The translations under genes and the position numbers were made by a program. Positions 39,079 to 48,448 of a DNA stretch of 64,000 nt are shown piece after piece; positions within the stretch are counted from its first letter, which is position 1, and each line of letters begins with the position of its first letter. The notes beneath the pieces were generated by a model. The model was not told the origin of the DNA, did not search any database, and was given only the letters and a program-made list of their open reading frames with translations. Source of the stretch: Planctomycetota bacterium (GTDB taxonomy: Bacteria; Planctomycetota; SZUA-567; H5-PLA8); assembly GCA_038227875.1 (NCBI GenBank), contig JBBRPR010000039.1, positions 1 through 64,000 on the forward strand. The letters are read 5' to 3'.

Positions 39079-39316
39079 GGTGAACATCAAGCCGCAGCTC
39101 TCGCGCGAGCAGCGCCGCTGGCTGCGGGCGGTCAAGCATCACCTCAAAACCGGCAAGCCTGCGACGCTAAGCGAGCAGCAGCTGAAAGGTTGGCAGTCGT
39201 ACCAACGGAGCATCGAAAAAGTCGCGAACTCTGTGGAGAAACGCACGTACCCGATCGAGAAAAACAAGACCCTCGTTGCGCGGCGCAAGAAACGGCAGAC
39301 GCGGCGGCGGGGATGA
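39077..39316 (+). CDS. Basic hypothetical protein or 3' fragment of a truncated gene
   Basis: Coding-like from 'VVNIKPQLSREQRRWL' onward. The 5' part of the tracked ORF (38900-39076) is antisense to the pseudogene. Confidence 0.4.
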   Translation: MVNIKPQLSREQRRWLRAVKHHLKTGKPATLSEQQLKGWQSYQRSIEKVANSVEKRTYPIEKNKTLVARRKKRQTRRRG

Positions 39317-39456
39317 GGCTTTTCTGTTGCCGTGAGGTCCGCCGCAGCGCGCCCACCTTGTGTTACGAAATCAAATGGTGACTCAATACTTTTCTTTTCT
39401 CCTATTCCCGGTGTCACAAAGCGGATATCGTACTACGGAATTATAGGAGAACGACC

Positions 39457-40455
39457 GTGGATCAGCGCGAGGTGCTCGCATCGATTGAAGGCGATGTGGA
39501 GCGTAAATTTTCGCTTTTGACGCCAGTTAACAAAAGCTGGCAGCCGAGCGATTTCGTGCCCGATCTGACCAAAGAGTCGTGGCCGCAGGACGTCTCGGAA
39601 TTCCGCAAGGCGGCTCAGGAACTGCCCGACGAACTGCTCGTGGTCCTCGTCGGTTCGATGGTTACCGAAGAAGCACTGCCCTCCTACCAGACCAGCTTCA
39701 ACCGACTCGGCAGCATCCGCGACGAAACCGGCGACAGCGTCAACCCGTGGGCGAAGTGGTCGCGCGCGTGGACGTCGGAAGAGAATCGCCACGGCGATCT
39801 GCTCAACCGGTACCTCTACGTCACCGGCCGCGTCAACATGCGCGCGGTGGAAACCAGCATCCAGCATCTGATCCGCAATGGCTTCAATCCGCAGCACACC
39901 AACGATCCGTACAACGGGCTGGTCTACACGTCGTTTCAGGAACGGGCCACGCGGCTGTCGCACGGGCAGGTGGCGCGCTTGACCCGCGCGGCGGGCGAGC
40001 CGGCACTGGGGAAGATCTGCAATACCATCGCGGCCGACGAAGCGCGGCACGAAGACGCGTACAAGAGTTTCATGTCGCGCGTCTTCGAGATCGATCCGGC
40101 GGGCGCGGTGCTCTCGTTTGAAACGATGCTGACGCGCACGATCACGATGCCGGCGCACCTGATGTCCGATCCGGAAGACGAAGGGCTGTTCGCCTGCTTC
40201 TCGAGCGTGGCGCAGCGGCTGGGCGTGTACACGTTTGCCGATTACATCGGGATCATGGAGCACCTGATCGAACACTGGGACGTCGCGCATTTGAAGGGGC
40301 TCAGCGGACTGGCGGCGGAAGCGCAGAACCGCGTCTGCCGGCTGCCGGCGTACTACCGCAAACGCATGGGCTCGATGGAAAAGAAATTGCCGCCGCTGAA
40401 CCAGCGGCCGTACCCGTGGGTGATCCGGCGCGAATCGACCGTGAGCCGCGCTTAG
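39457..40455 (+). CDS. Soluble acyl-ACP desaturase (di-iron)
   Basis: 'WQPSDF', 'TEEALPSY', 'WTSEENRHGDLL', 'FQERAT', 'DEARHE', 'MPAHLM'. Confidence 0.95.
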   Translation: MDQREVLASIEGDVERKFSLLTPVNKSWQPSDFVPDLTKESWPQDVSEFRKAAQELPDELLVVLVGSMVTEEALPSYQTSFNRLGSIRDETGDSVNPWAKWSRAWTSEENRHGDLLNRYLYVTGRVNMRAVETSIQHLIRNGFNPQHTNDPYNGLVYTSFQERATRLSHGQVARLTRAAGEPALGKICNTIAADEARHEDAYKSFMSRVFEIDPAGAVLSFETMLTRTITMPAHLMSDPEDEGLFACFSSVAQRLGVYTFADYIGIMEHLIEHWDVAHLKGLSGLAAEAQNRVCRLPAYYRKRMGSMEKKLPPLNQRPYPWVIRRESTVSRA

Positions 40456-40473
40456 CGCGGAGGGGTCAGGGGT
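40445..40473 (+). repeat. Direct repeat copy 1 spanning the desaturase stop codon
   Basis: gccgcgcttagcgcggaggggtcaggggt; identical to 42439-42466 except for one T. Confidence 0.85.
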
Positions 40474-40729
40474 CAGGGGCCAGGGATGGGCGGATGCCTG
40501 CGCGGAAGCATGACTTCGGCGCGGTGGTGCTGACTATTCGGTGTGTATTGTGCGAAGGTAGTGGTGGACGCTTCGACGTTTTAAGTCTCCCAGAAAAACT
40601 CACCGTTCGGCCGATTCGGGTGTATATCACCGCACAAGTGGACAGATGGACGACGCTCGGCGTTTGGCGTCCATCGGACAATTCAACATTCGACATTCTT
40701 TTTTCGACAGGTGACGACGGAGGTGAAAC

Positions 40730-42448
40730 GTGCGACTACACCGGGCTCTGCTGCTTTCATCGGTTCTGGTTTCAGCGCTGATGGTTTCGGCGCACGCGGC
40801 GGATGCGCCGTTGATCAAGCCGCCGGTCTACTGGTTTCATCTCATGACCAACATCAACAACGATGAGGCCATGGTGAAAGTGTACGCGCTGATGGAACGC
40901 GCGGCGAAGGCGGGGTACACGGGCATCTCCATTTTCGACAGCCGCTTTTTCATGAAGGAATTTCAGACGCCGGAGTACATCGCGAAGGTGAAGAAATTCC
41001 GGCAGAAAGCGACGGAACTGCATCTGCAGATCGCGTCGAGCCTGGCGGCAGTCGGGTATGGCGAAGAGATGCTGCACTATGACATCAACCTGATCGAAGG
41101 GATGCCGGTGCGCAACGCGAGCTTCGTGGTCAAAGACGGGAAGCTGGTGCCGTCGGAGCCGGAGGTTCACTTCAACAACGGCACGTTCGAGACGTGGAAG
41201 GGCGACGCGCCGGCCGGCTGGGACGTCGACGACGCGGGGAAGATCGCGTTTAAAGACGAGACGGTAAAATACAACGAGAAGCCCAGCCTGCGCATCCAGG
41301 ACGCGGGGAATTCGCCGGCCAAACATTCGCGTCTGATTCAGCGCGTGAAAGTGCTGCCACAGCACAATTATCACGTCTCGGTGATGATGAAGACCGACCA
41401 GAACAAGAGCCGCGACATCCGCATCATGGCGATCGGCAAGAACCCGCTCAACTGGGCGCCGCTGCCGATCAAGGAAACGATGGACTGGACGCGCATCGAC
41501 ATCACTTTCAACAGCCAGGAATTTTCCGAAGTCGGGCTCTACATGGGCACGTGGGACGCGCGCGGCGGGAAGATGTGGTGGTCGGACCTCAAGATCGAGC
41601 CGGCGGGATTCATGAACATCATCCGCCGCGAGAATCTGCCGCTCTCGATCACCAGCGAAGACGGCAAGACCGTGTACGAGGAAGGCAAGGACTTCGCGAA
41701 AGTCGTCGACCCGGGTTTGGCGCCGAGCGTTTCCGGCTGGCACACGCCGCCGGTGGTCGCGATTCCGGCGGGAAGCAAACTAAAAGAAGGGCAGAAGGTG
41801 CTGGCGAATTTTAATCACGCGATCACCAACTTCACGTCCAACAACGCGGCGATCTGCATGAGCGAGCCGAAAACGTACGAGGCGATCAAGGAGCAGGTGC
41901 GCTTCCTGAAGGAGAATCTGCAGCCGGATTTTTACTTCATGCAGCACGATGAAATCCGCCAGTGCGGTTACGACGACGCGTGCGCCAAGCGCAACCTGAC
42001 GCCGGGGCAGATTCTCGCCGACCACATCGCCAAATGCTGCAAGATCATCGAGGACGGCGACCCGGGCAAGCCGATGGTGGTCTGGAACGACATGTTCGAT
42101 CCATTCCACAACGCGAAGAAGACCGAAGACGATGGCTCGCCGTTTGTCATGTTTATCGCCAAGGGTGACGGGCCGTGGTTTGAATCGTGGAAGGGCATGC
42201 CGAAAAATCTGGGCGTGGTGAACTGGAACAACGGCAACGTGAAGAGCGTGAAGTTTTTCGAAGGTGAACACCACCAGCAGATACTCTCGCACAACGACCC
42301 GGCAAAGCTCGCGGCGTGGCTCAATGAGACCGCTGACTGCAAAGGCGTGGTGGGGATCATGTACACGACGTGGGAAGACGACTGGTCGCCGCTGGAGAAA
42401 TACGTGACGACGGCCAAGGAGTGGATGGCGAAGCACTCGCCGCGCTAG
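40730..42448 (+). CDS. Exported glycoside hydrolase-like protein (GH20-like barrel with CBM4/9-like insert)
   Basis: Signal peptide. 'AAKAGYTG', 'NNGTFE...PAGW', 'MQHDEIR', 'VWNDMFDP', 'GIMYTTW'. Confidence 0.72.
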   Translation: MRLHRALLLSSVLVSALMVSAHAADAPLIKPPVYWFHLMTNINNDEAMVKVYALMERAAKAGYTGISIFDSRFFMKEFQTPEYIAKVKKFRQKATELHLQIASSLAAVGYGEEMLHYDINLIEGMPVRNASFVVKDGKLVPSEPEVHFNNGTFETWKGDAPAGWDVDDAGKIAFKDETVKYNEKPSLRIQDAGNSPAKHSRLIQRVKVLPQHNYHVSVMMKTDQNKSRDIRIMAIGKNPLNWAPLPIKETMDWTRIDITFNSQEFSEVGLYMGTWDARGGKMWWSDLKIEPAGFMNIIRRENLPLSITSEDGKTVYEEGKDFAKVVDPGLAPSVSGWHTPPVVAIPAGSKLKEGQKVLANFNHAITNFTSNNAAICMSEPKTYEAIKEQVRFLKENLQPDFYFMQHDEIRQCGYDDACAKRNLTPGQILADHIAKCCKIIEDGDPGKPMVVWNDMFDPFHNAKKTEDDGSPFVMFIAKGDGPWFESWKGMPKNLGVVNWNNGNVKSVKFFEGEHHQQILSHNDPAKLAAWLNETADCKGVVGIMYTTWEDDWSPLEKYVTTAKEWMAKHSPR

Positions 42449-42466
42449 CGCGGAGGGGTCAGGGGT
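42439..42466 (+). repeat. Direct repeat copy 2 spanning the glycosidase stop codon
   Basis: gccgcgctagcgcggaggggtcaggggt. Confidence 0.85.
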
Positions 42467-42550
42467 GGGGGTGCGCAAGGGAACTTACGCGCAAGCGGGT
42501 TGATTTTTTACACGCAAGAAACCTGCGCCATCTGCATGCGATGCGCTGAG

Positions 42551-42594
42551 CAAGGAGCAAGCATACGGCCGCTTGCTCCTTGACACACAGGCGC
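42551..42594. repeat. CAAGGAGCAAGC palindrome (second copy)
   Basis: caaggagcaagc-atacggcc-gcttgctccttg-acacacaggc. Its reverse complement closely matches 24921-24970. Confidence 0.85.
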
Positions 42595-42596
42595 TG

Positions 42597-44873
42597 CTAT
42601 TCCGCGTCGGTGTAGACGTCCACCTGCAGCACAACTTTGTCCGTCGGCGAGACGTCGCAGCGGACGGTGTAGCCGTCGTCGACGCTGGCGTTGGGGACCA
42701 TGCGTAACGCCACGCCGTTGAACTTGATTTCTCCGGCAGCGATCGAGCGGACGGTCTTGGTTACGTCGATCGGGAACACTTTCGCGGGCGAGTAGTCGTT
42801 GGTGTCGGGATGCTTGGGGATGATGGCGATGCCGGAGACGTCGGGCAGCGCTTTGAAGTCGACGGCAGCGCCCTTTTCGACCGGCGCTTTCAGGAAGGCG
42901 GCGCCGAGCTGGCCGGGCGCGGAATTATGGCCGCGCGTGATCGGCACGAGCAGGCGCGCGGCGGCGATGTTCTTCGCGGGCAGATCTTTCAGGTCGCCGT
43001 TGATCAGCACCACGCCGGCGACCACTTTGGCGGCTTCGCCGGGACTCTTGGGCCAGCGCAGCGAACCCTTCTCGGCAACGGCGCCGCTGATGTCGTTGAA
43101 CTGAACGTAGGTCAGCGGGATTTCAACCGTCTTGGTCGCGCGCGGCTTGATCACCGGCGGATCTTCGGCGCCGACAGTGAACGGGTTGGGCAGCGTCGCC
43201 AGTTCATCGGTCTCCGCGGTTTTTGCTTCGGTGGAACCTTCGGGCAGAGCCAGCGCGGACGCGCCGGGGGCCAGGACTTCGCGGCGCAGGAAGACCATGC
43301 GCGGGTAGACGGGGTACTGGCCCTTGGGAGTCGGGCAGTCGATGTCGAACGTGGCCGGCAGATCCTTGGCGTTGAACGTTTTCTGCACGCAGGTGATGGT
43401 GTCAGCCCACTTGGCGTTGTGCTGCTTGGCGACTTCCTTGCCCTGTTCGCAGAGCTGTTCGAAGGACTTCGTGCGCGAACCGAGTTTGTAAGCGTAGGTC
43501 ACGACGAGCTTGTTGTTGCCCAGCGCGGCGGCGTCGCCGACGGAAACGGTGATCGTGTTCTTGCCGGGCGAAAGATAGGGCAGCGAGCCGGGATTGTTCT
43601 GCACGGTCGTTTCGAACTTCAGCTCTTTGAGCGGTTCCTTGAATGAGACTTTGACCAGCGCGGAGAGCTTGCCCTTCAGCGGTGCGCTGAAATCTTTCGC
43701 GTCGGCGGGGACGAACGATTTGCCGTCGTCGGTCGAGACTTCGATTTTCTCCACGCCGGTGGCCGAGCCGCTGGCCTTGGTGACGAGGTAGGGCGACGCG
43801 AGGCGGAAGACCACCACGCCGGGTTTGTCGCCGGAGGCGGGAACCAGCGTCTTGTCGGCGTACTTGACGTTGTCGGTGGAGACGAAGGACTTCAACAGCG
43901 CGTCGCTGGAGAAATCCGGCGTAAACGAGAGCGTACCGTTGGCGAAATTGCGGCTGGGCTTGGCGGTGATGTACGGTTCGAGCACCAGGCCGATGCCGGG
44001 ATCGTTGCGGGTGTCCTTGTGGCCGCCGCAGGTGTGCGCGGGAGCGATCTTGCTGCCGCCCCAGAACCAGGCGTCGGGTTCACCGTCCCAGCGGTTGGTC
44101 AACGCGAATCCGGGCGCGAGATTGACGTCTGTGTTGTAGGTGCCATCGGCGTGGTTGATTCCCGCCCAGCCTTCGGGGCTGCCGGCGACGTGATGCGTCT
44201 TCAGGCCACCGATCGTGCCGGCCAGGTCGTCGCCGCAGCACAGAAACGACGGCGCGCGCCAGTTGGCTTTGCTCGCACCAACCATCGCGAATGGATTGTT
44301 GTTCATGTAGACGACGTTGCGCGATTTATCGAGCGTGAAGGCGTCGGTGATCAGCTCCTTGCTGCGCGAGGTCAGGTCGTCTTCTCCGGCGATGGTGCGG
44401 CCGCCCTTCCCGTCTGGCATCCACGCGTAGAACTTCAGGAAAATGTCCAAGTAGTGCCACTTGCCATCGTACTGCGCTTCAACCGTGGTGTGGCCGTCCC
44501 AGCCGACAAAGCGCCAGCCCCAGCCGAGCTGCCGCCAGAGCGCCGACTGTTCCGAATGCAGTCCGCCGCAGAGACTCCAGCCGTAGTTGTTGATTTCCTT
44601 GAGCACCGGCACGCCGCCTTCTTCCTGCGGATAGTTGCGGTGGTAGTGACTCAATTGCATGAAGTTGTAGATGGCGATCGCTTTGGCGTCGTTGGTCTTG
44701 CTGTCTTTGGTGACCGTTTCGACGATGGTTTTAAGCGAGGTACAGTCTGGCGCTTTGTCGGGCTGGACTTTGATCTTGAGGACCTGATCGGGTGGCGTCG
44801 TTTCTCCGGCGCTCAGAATTGAAGCCGGGACGCAGACCAGAACCGAAAGCATCAGCGCAGTCAGAAATCGCAT
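42597..44873 (-). CDS. Exported transglutaminase-like (Cys-His-Asp) domain protein
   Basis: Signal peptide. 'YGWSLCGG', 'GHTTVEAQYDGKWHYLD', then beta-rich domains. Confidence 0.8.
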   Translation of the reverse strand: MRFLTALMLSVLVCVPASILSAGETTPPDQVLKIKVQPDKAPDCTSLKTIVETVTKDSKTNDAKAIAIYNFMQLSHYHRNYPQEEGGVPVLKEINNYGWSLCGGLHSEQSALWRQLGWGWRFVGWDGHTTVEAQYDGKWHYLDIFLKFYAWMPDGKGGRTIAGEDDLTSRSKELITDAFTLDKSRNVVYMNNNPFAMVGASKANWRAPSFLCCGDDLAGTIGGLKTHHVAGSPEGWAGINHADGTYNTDVNLAPGFALTNRWDGEPDAWFWGGSKIAPAHTCGGHKDTRNDPGIGLVLEPYITAKPSRNFANGTLSFTPDFSSDALLKSFVSTDNVKYADKTLVPASGDKPGVVVFRLASPYLVTKASGSATGVEKIEVSTDDGKSFVPADAKDFSAPLKGKLSALVKVSFKEPLKELKFETTVQNNPGSLPYLSPGKNTITVSVGDAAALGNNKLVVTYAYKLGSRTKSFEQLCEQGKEVAKQHNAKWADTITCVQKTFNAKDLPATFDIDCPTPKGQYPVYPRMVFLRREVLAPGASALALPEGSTEAKTAETDELATLPNPFTVGAEDPPVIKPRATKTVEIPLTYVQFNDISGAVAEKGSLRWPKSPGEAAKVVAGVVLINGDLKDLPAKNIAAARLLVPITRGHNSAPGQLGAAFLKAPVEKGAAVDFKALPDVSGIAIIPKHPDTNDYSPAKVFPIDVTKTVRSIAAGEIKFNGVALRMVPNASVDDGYTVRCDVSPTDKVVLQVDVYTDAE

Positions 44874-45122
44874 GGTACAGCCCCCATTAAGTGTACGAAC
44901 TGAACCGGCCCGCGGAGCCGTAGTCAGTTGTAGTTAGTACTACATACACTCGAGTGTCCAAAAGTGCGCAGGAGATGCTCAATAAAGTGAAAAATATTGA
45001 TCCATTCACCTTTCAGCAACCAATGTGACACCAACACGTTGTGCAATTGTGCGGTTTATTGTTTTTCATGTATGCGCGCAAGGGTTTTCAGGCACTAGAG
45101 CCATGTATACTCAGGAAAGGTC

Positions 45123-45659
45123 ATGCCTATGCAGTCTGCCACCGACAAGCAGCTCTCAAAAATGAGCGAATTGGGGTTGTCCGTGCCGCCGAAATGCTCC
45201 TTCGAGCAGGCGGCCGAAGCGATCGGATTGGCACAGATCGTCCTGCGCTACGTCGCGCAGATTGCCAACCGCGATTGGCGCATTCACGTGGAAGACGCCG
45301 AATTGCGCGCCGTCGTGCAGGCGGTGATGGAGCAGCCGGAGTTGACGCGTCAGATTTGCGAGAACATGGACGCCAGCGCGCAGGCGGCATGGATGGCGGT
45401 ACGCGATTTCGAAGACGATCCGACCGGCAGCGGCTTTCGACGGAAGATTGAACGCCGGGATGTGACGCCGGATGTGAAAGAAGACGCGTGCTATTTTTTC
45501 GCCAAGCTGCAGATTGAGAAACACGTCCCGAGACTGGCCGGCCGCATCAGCGCGCCGCCGGCTCCGCCCAAGCCGGAATCTGCGCGCATTTTTCTCGCTC
45601 AGGAAACGCGCTGGGACCGCTTGAAGCGCAACTGGGCACGCATGACGCGCGGCGGGTAG
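45123..45659 (+). CDS. Hypothetical protein
   Basis: AGGAAAGG RBS, genome-like codon usage, 'ATDKQL...LG' N-terminal motif. Confidence 0.7.
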   Translation: MPMQSATDKQLSKMSELGLSVPPKCSFEQAAEAIGLAQIVLRYVAQIANRDWRIHVEDAELRAVVQAVMEQPELTRQICENMDASAQAAWMAVRDFEDDPTGSGFRRKIERRDVTPDVKEDACYFFAKLQIEKHVPRLAGRISAPPAPPKPESARIFLAQETRWDRLKRNWARMTRGG

Positions 45660-45823
45660 TTGTTGGGCGGGCCCGAAATCTGTTCTGCTTGAAGAGATAA
45701 TTTTGAATTCTTAATTTTGAATTGCTGTTGCTGCGACGTTATCGAATCGGACCTCCTCCTCGTGATTCTCTGCAAAATGCGGCCTCACGGTGTAGCATTA
45801 TGTAGGACATGAGGAGCGGATGA

Positions 45824-47905
45824 ATGCCCATCTTGCAGGACTACTTCAAAACCGTCGCCAACCAACGCTTGGATGAACGGGTCGCGCGTTTCAAGACCAT
45901 CGACACGCCTGAAAAAGTGCGCGCGCTTCAGCTGGAGTTGCGCGGCATCGCGCGCGATTCACTTGGGCCGGCCACGCTGGCGCTGAGTGCTTCCGAAGCG
46001 CCGCCGAAAGTGTTGAATTCGCGCCGCTACGCCGCACCGGGTGTGGTGATCGAATCGTTTCTGTACGAAGTCTTTCCAAATTTCTGGGCCAGCGCGCTGC
46101 TCTACCGTCCCGAAAAACCAAGCGGTCGCAATCCCGCTCTGGTGATGCCCGTCGGCCACTGGTGGGAAGGCAAAGCGAACGCGATGTATCAGCGTCAGAT
46201 GCGGCTGCTGGCGCGTCACGGCATCATCTGTGCGTCGTTCGACGGCTGCGGTCAGGGCGAGCGCGTGGAATGGTTCTCGCGTCCGGTTCGCGATGAGATG
46301 CAGCGCCTGCGCGACGAACATCCGCCCGGCGCAACGGTGCCCTACGCGCTGCAGGACGCGGCATGTCATGGCTTCACGCTTGGACAGAACGTCACCACCA
46401 TGCATTGCCTGATCGGCGATCCGGGATACCTGTGCGGCATCCACCAGCACGCTCTCACGGCGCTGGCCGGCAAACGCCTGGTCGACGCGCTGCGCGCGCG
46501 GCGCGACGTGGATCCCGAGCGGATCGGCGCGTGCGGCGCCAGCGGCGGCGGCACCGATACGCGTTTTCTTCAGGCGCTCGACGACCGGCTTGCGCTGGCG
46601 ATTCCCGCGTCGATCCTGGGCAGCGACCGCTCGATTTCTGGCGGCGATGCGGACCAATCGTTGTTCTTCACCATCAACCACGGCATTTCGCAGGTCGATC
46701 TGCTCATCTGCATGGCGCCCAAGCCGGTGCTGATCGTCTCCGCCAGCGAAGACCGTCACAACAGCGCGGCGGTGGCGGAATTTTACCGGCCGTTCTGGAA
46801 CGCTTTTGGCAAGGGCGATGCTCTGGCTTACGGTACCGGCGAAGGCGCGCACGGCTTTCCGCTCGGTTCTCGCAAACTGGTTGCGGAATTTGCAATCAAG
46901 CACCTGCTGGGCCGCGACGACATCATCACCGACAACGAACACAGCGACGACTTGCCCGTTTACGGCAACGGCAAACTGCTCGCGTCGTTCAGCGGCAATC
47001 TGCTTCTGGACGGATTGGGCCGGGGTCCGCGCGAACTGATCGCCGAACGCGTGGCCGCGCTGGCCAAGTCGCGTCCGGAAATTCCCGAGCCCGCCGCGCT
47101 ACGCGCCGGCGTGCTGGCGACGCTCTGCGAAAGTGAAGCGTCGCTGCTGGCGGAGGCTCCCGCCGCAACCGTGGCCGACGGCACGATTTCATGGGAGAGC
47201 GAAGGTGGCGTGCCACTGCACATCAAGTATGAGCCCGGGGCGAATCCGGATATTTTGTACGCGCACGATCAGGGCATCGCCGGCGCGGAGCGTTCACGCC
47301 TGCTCGACGGCGTGCGGGAGATCAAGCGGCCGCTGAGTCTGATCGATCTGCGCGGCTCGGGCGTCAGCGCCGATCCGAAGGACACCAGCAACATCTCCAT
47401 GATCGGGCCACTACTGTTCAATCATCAATCCAGCCTGGCGCGCACCGCGCTGACGCAGGGACGGACGATGACTGGCCTGCGCGTGGTCGATTTGCTCCAG
47501 GCCGCCGCGGTGCTGCAACGCCAATCCGGAAGCGCGCCGGATCTGGTCGCGGAAGGCGCGCTGGGCCTGACGGCGCTGATCGCCGCGTACCTGAAGCCCG
47601 AGGCGTATCGGCGCGTGGTGCTGCTGGGTACGCCGCTGAGCTACGCCGAACTGGCGACGGCAAATGACCGCGACTACGACTTCTCGCATTTCCTGTACGG
47701 CGTGCTCGAACACTTCGACACGCGCGATTTAACGCGCGCACTTCCGGCGGGAAAGCTGACGTGGATTAATCCCGCCAATGGCAGCGGGCGGGTCGTGCCG
47801 CTGGCGGTGGCCAAGCGCGCGCATCGTGGAGCGGCGGTGGAATTCAAAGTCGCGCGGGTGGAGGCGGAGTTGACGCGAGTGTTGAAGGGGGCGTTGCAGG
47901 CGTGA
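45824..47905 (+). CDS. Double alpha/beta-hydrolase, acetylxylan-esterase-like
   Basis: 'PVGHW', 'GQGER', 'DVDPERIGACGASGGG' nucleophile elbow, 'APKPVLI', 'HGF'; degenerate second domain 'DLRGSG'. Confidence 0.85.
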   Translation: MPILQDYFKTVANQRLDERVARFKTIDTPEKVRALQLELRGIARDSLGPATLALSASEAPPKVLNSRRYAAPGVVIESFLYEVFPNFWASALLYRPEKPSGRNPALVMPVGHWWEGKANAMYQRQMRLLARHGIICASFDGCGQGERVEWFSRPVRDEMQRLRDEHPPGATVPYALQDAACHGFTLGQNVTTMHCLIGDPGYLCGIHQHALTALAGKRLVDALRARRDVDPERIGACGASGGGTDTRFLQALDDRLALAIPASILGSDRSISGGDADQSLFFTINHGISQVDLLICMAPKPVLIVSASEDRHNSAAVAEFYRPFWNAFGKGDALAYGTGEGAHGFPLGSRKLVAEFAIKHLLGRDDIITDNEHSDDLPVYGNGKLLASFSGNLLLDGLGRGPRELIAERVAALAKSRPEIPEPAALRAGVLATLCESEASLLAEAPAATVADGTISWESEGGVPLHIKYEPGANPDILYAHDQGIAGAERSRLLDGVREIKRPLSLIDLRGSGVSADPKDTSNISMIGPLLFNHQSSLARTALTQGRTMTGLRVVDLLQAAAVLQRQSGSAPDLVAEGALGLTALIAAYLKPEAYRRVVLLGTPLSYAELATANDRDYDFSHFLYGVLEHFDTRDLTRALPAGKLTWINPANGSGRVVPLAVAKRAHRGAAVEFKVARVEAELTRVLKGALQA

Positions 47906-47914
47906 GGGGCGTGC

Positions 47915-48448
47915 CTACCCGTAGACATACTCGATTGTGTTGTCCGTATTCGGACCAGTGACGCGCCAGTTCAGTAGAAGTCGTGGAGCGTCCACGCGCA
48001 ACGTTGCGGCATACAGATCCTCGCTGCAGACGTGCGGTTCGACTGATTTGAAATCGTTCGCGCCAGTCGGCTCGATTTCGAACAGATGTATGGGACGTTC
48101 GCCGCCGAACCGCAAATGCTCGAGTCGAATGCGCTGAGATTCGCGCAGCAGCGTCCATCGGTACACATTGGTAAAATTCAATTTTACGCCGGCGGCGGTG
48201 AGCCACTGTCCCGACTCGGAATACACTACGCGTCCGTCGTTCAGCGCAGTCACTCCGACGGTACCATCACCACTACCGTTCCAGCCGGAAGCCAACGGAG
48301 ACCGCGCGCGGAAGCTGAGCCGTTGCACGGCGGACAAGGCCATCCACAGACAATCAATCGGTTCCGTTTGCTGAGCCACGCTAATCGAGACGAATGGCGC
48401 GCGGCGCACTTCGCGAAAAGTATTCATGCCATTGTTTTCAACCCTCAC
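47915..48448 (-). CDS. DUF6314-like hypothetical protein
   Basis: 'GWNGSGDG.V', 'NVYRW', 'LEHLRFG', 'PHVCSEDLY', 'WRVTGP'. Start uncertain. Confidence 0.7.
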   Translation of the reverse strand: MRVENNGMNTFREVRRAPFVSISVAQQTEPIDCLWMALSAVQRLSFRARSPLASGWNGSGDGTVGVTALNDGRVVYSESGQWLTAAGVKLNFTNVYRWTLLRESQRIRLEHLRFGGERPIHLFEIEPTGANDFKSVEPHVCSEDLYAATLRVDAPRLLLNWRVTGPNTDNTIEYVYG

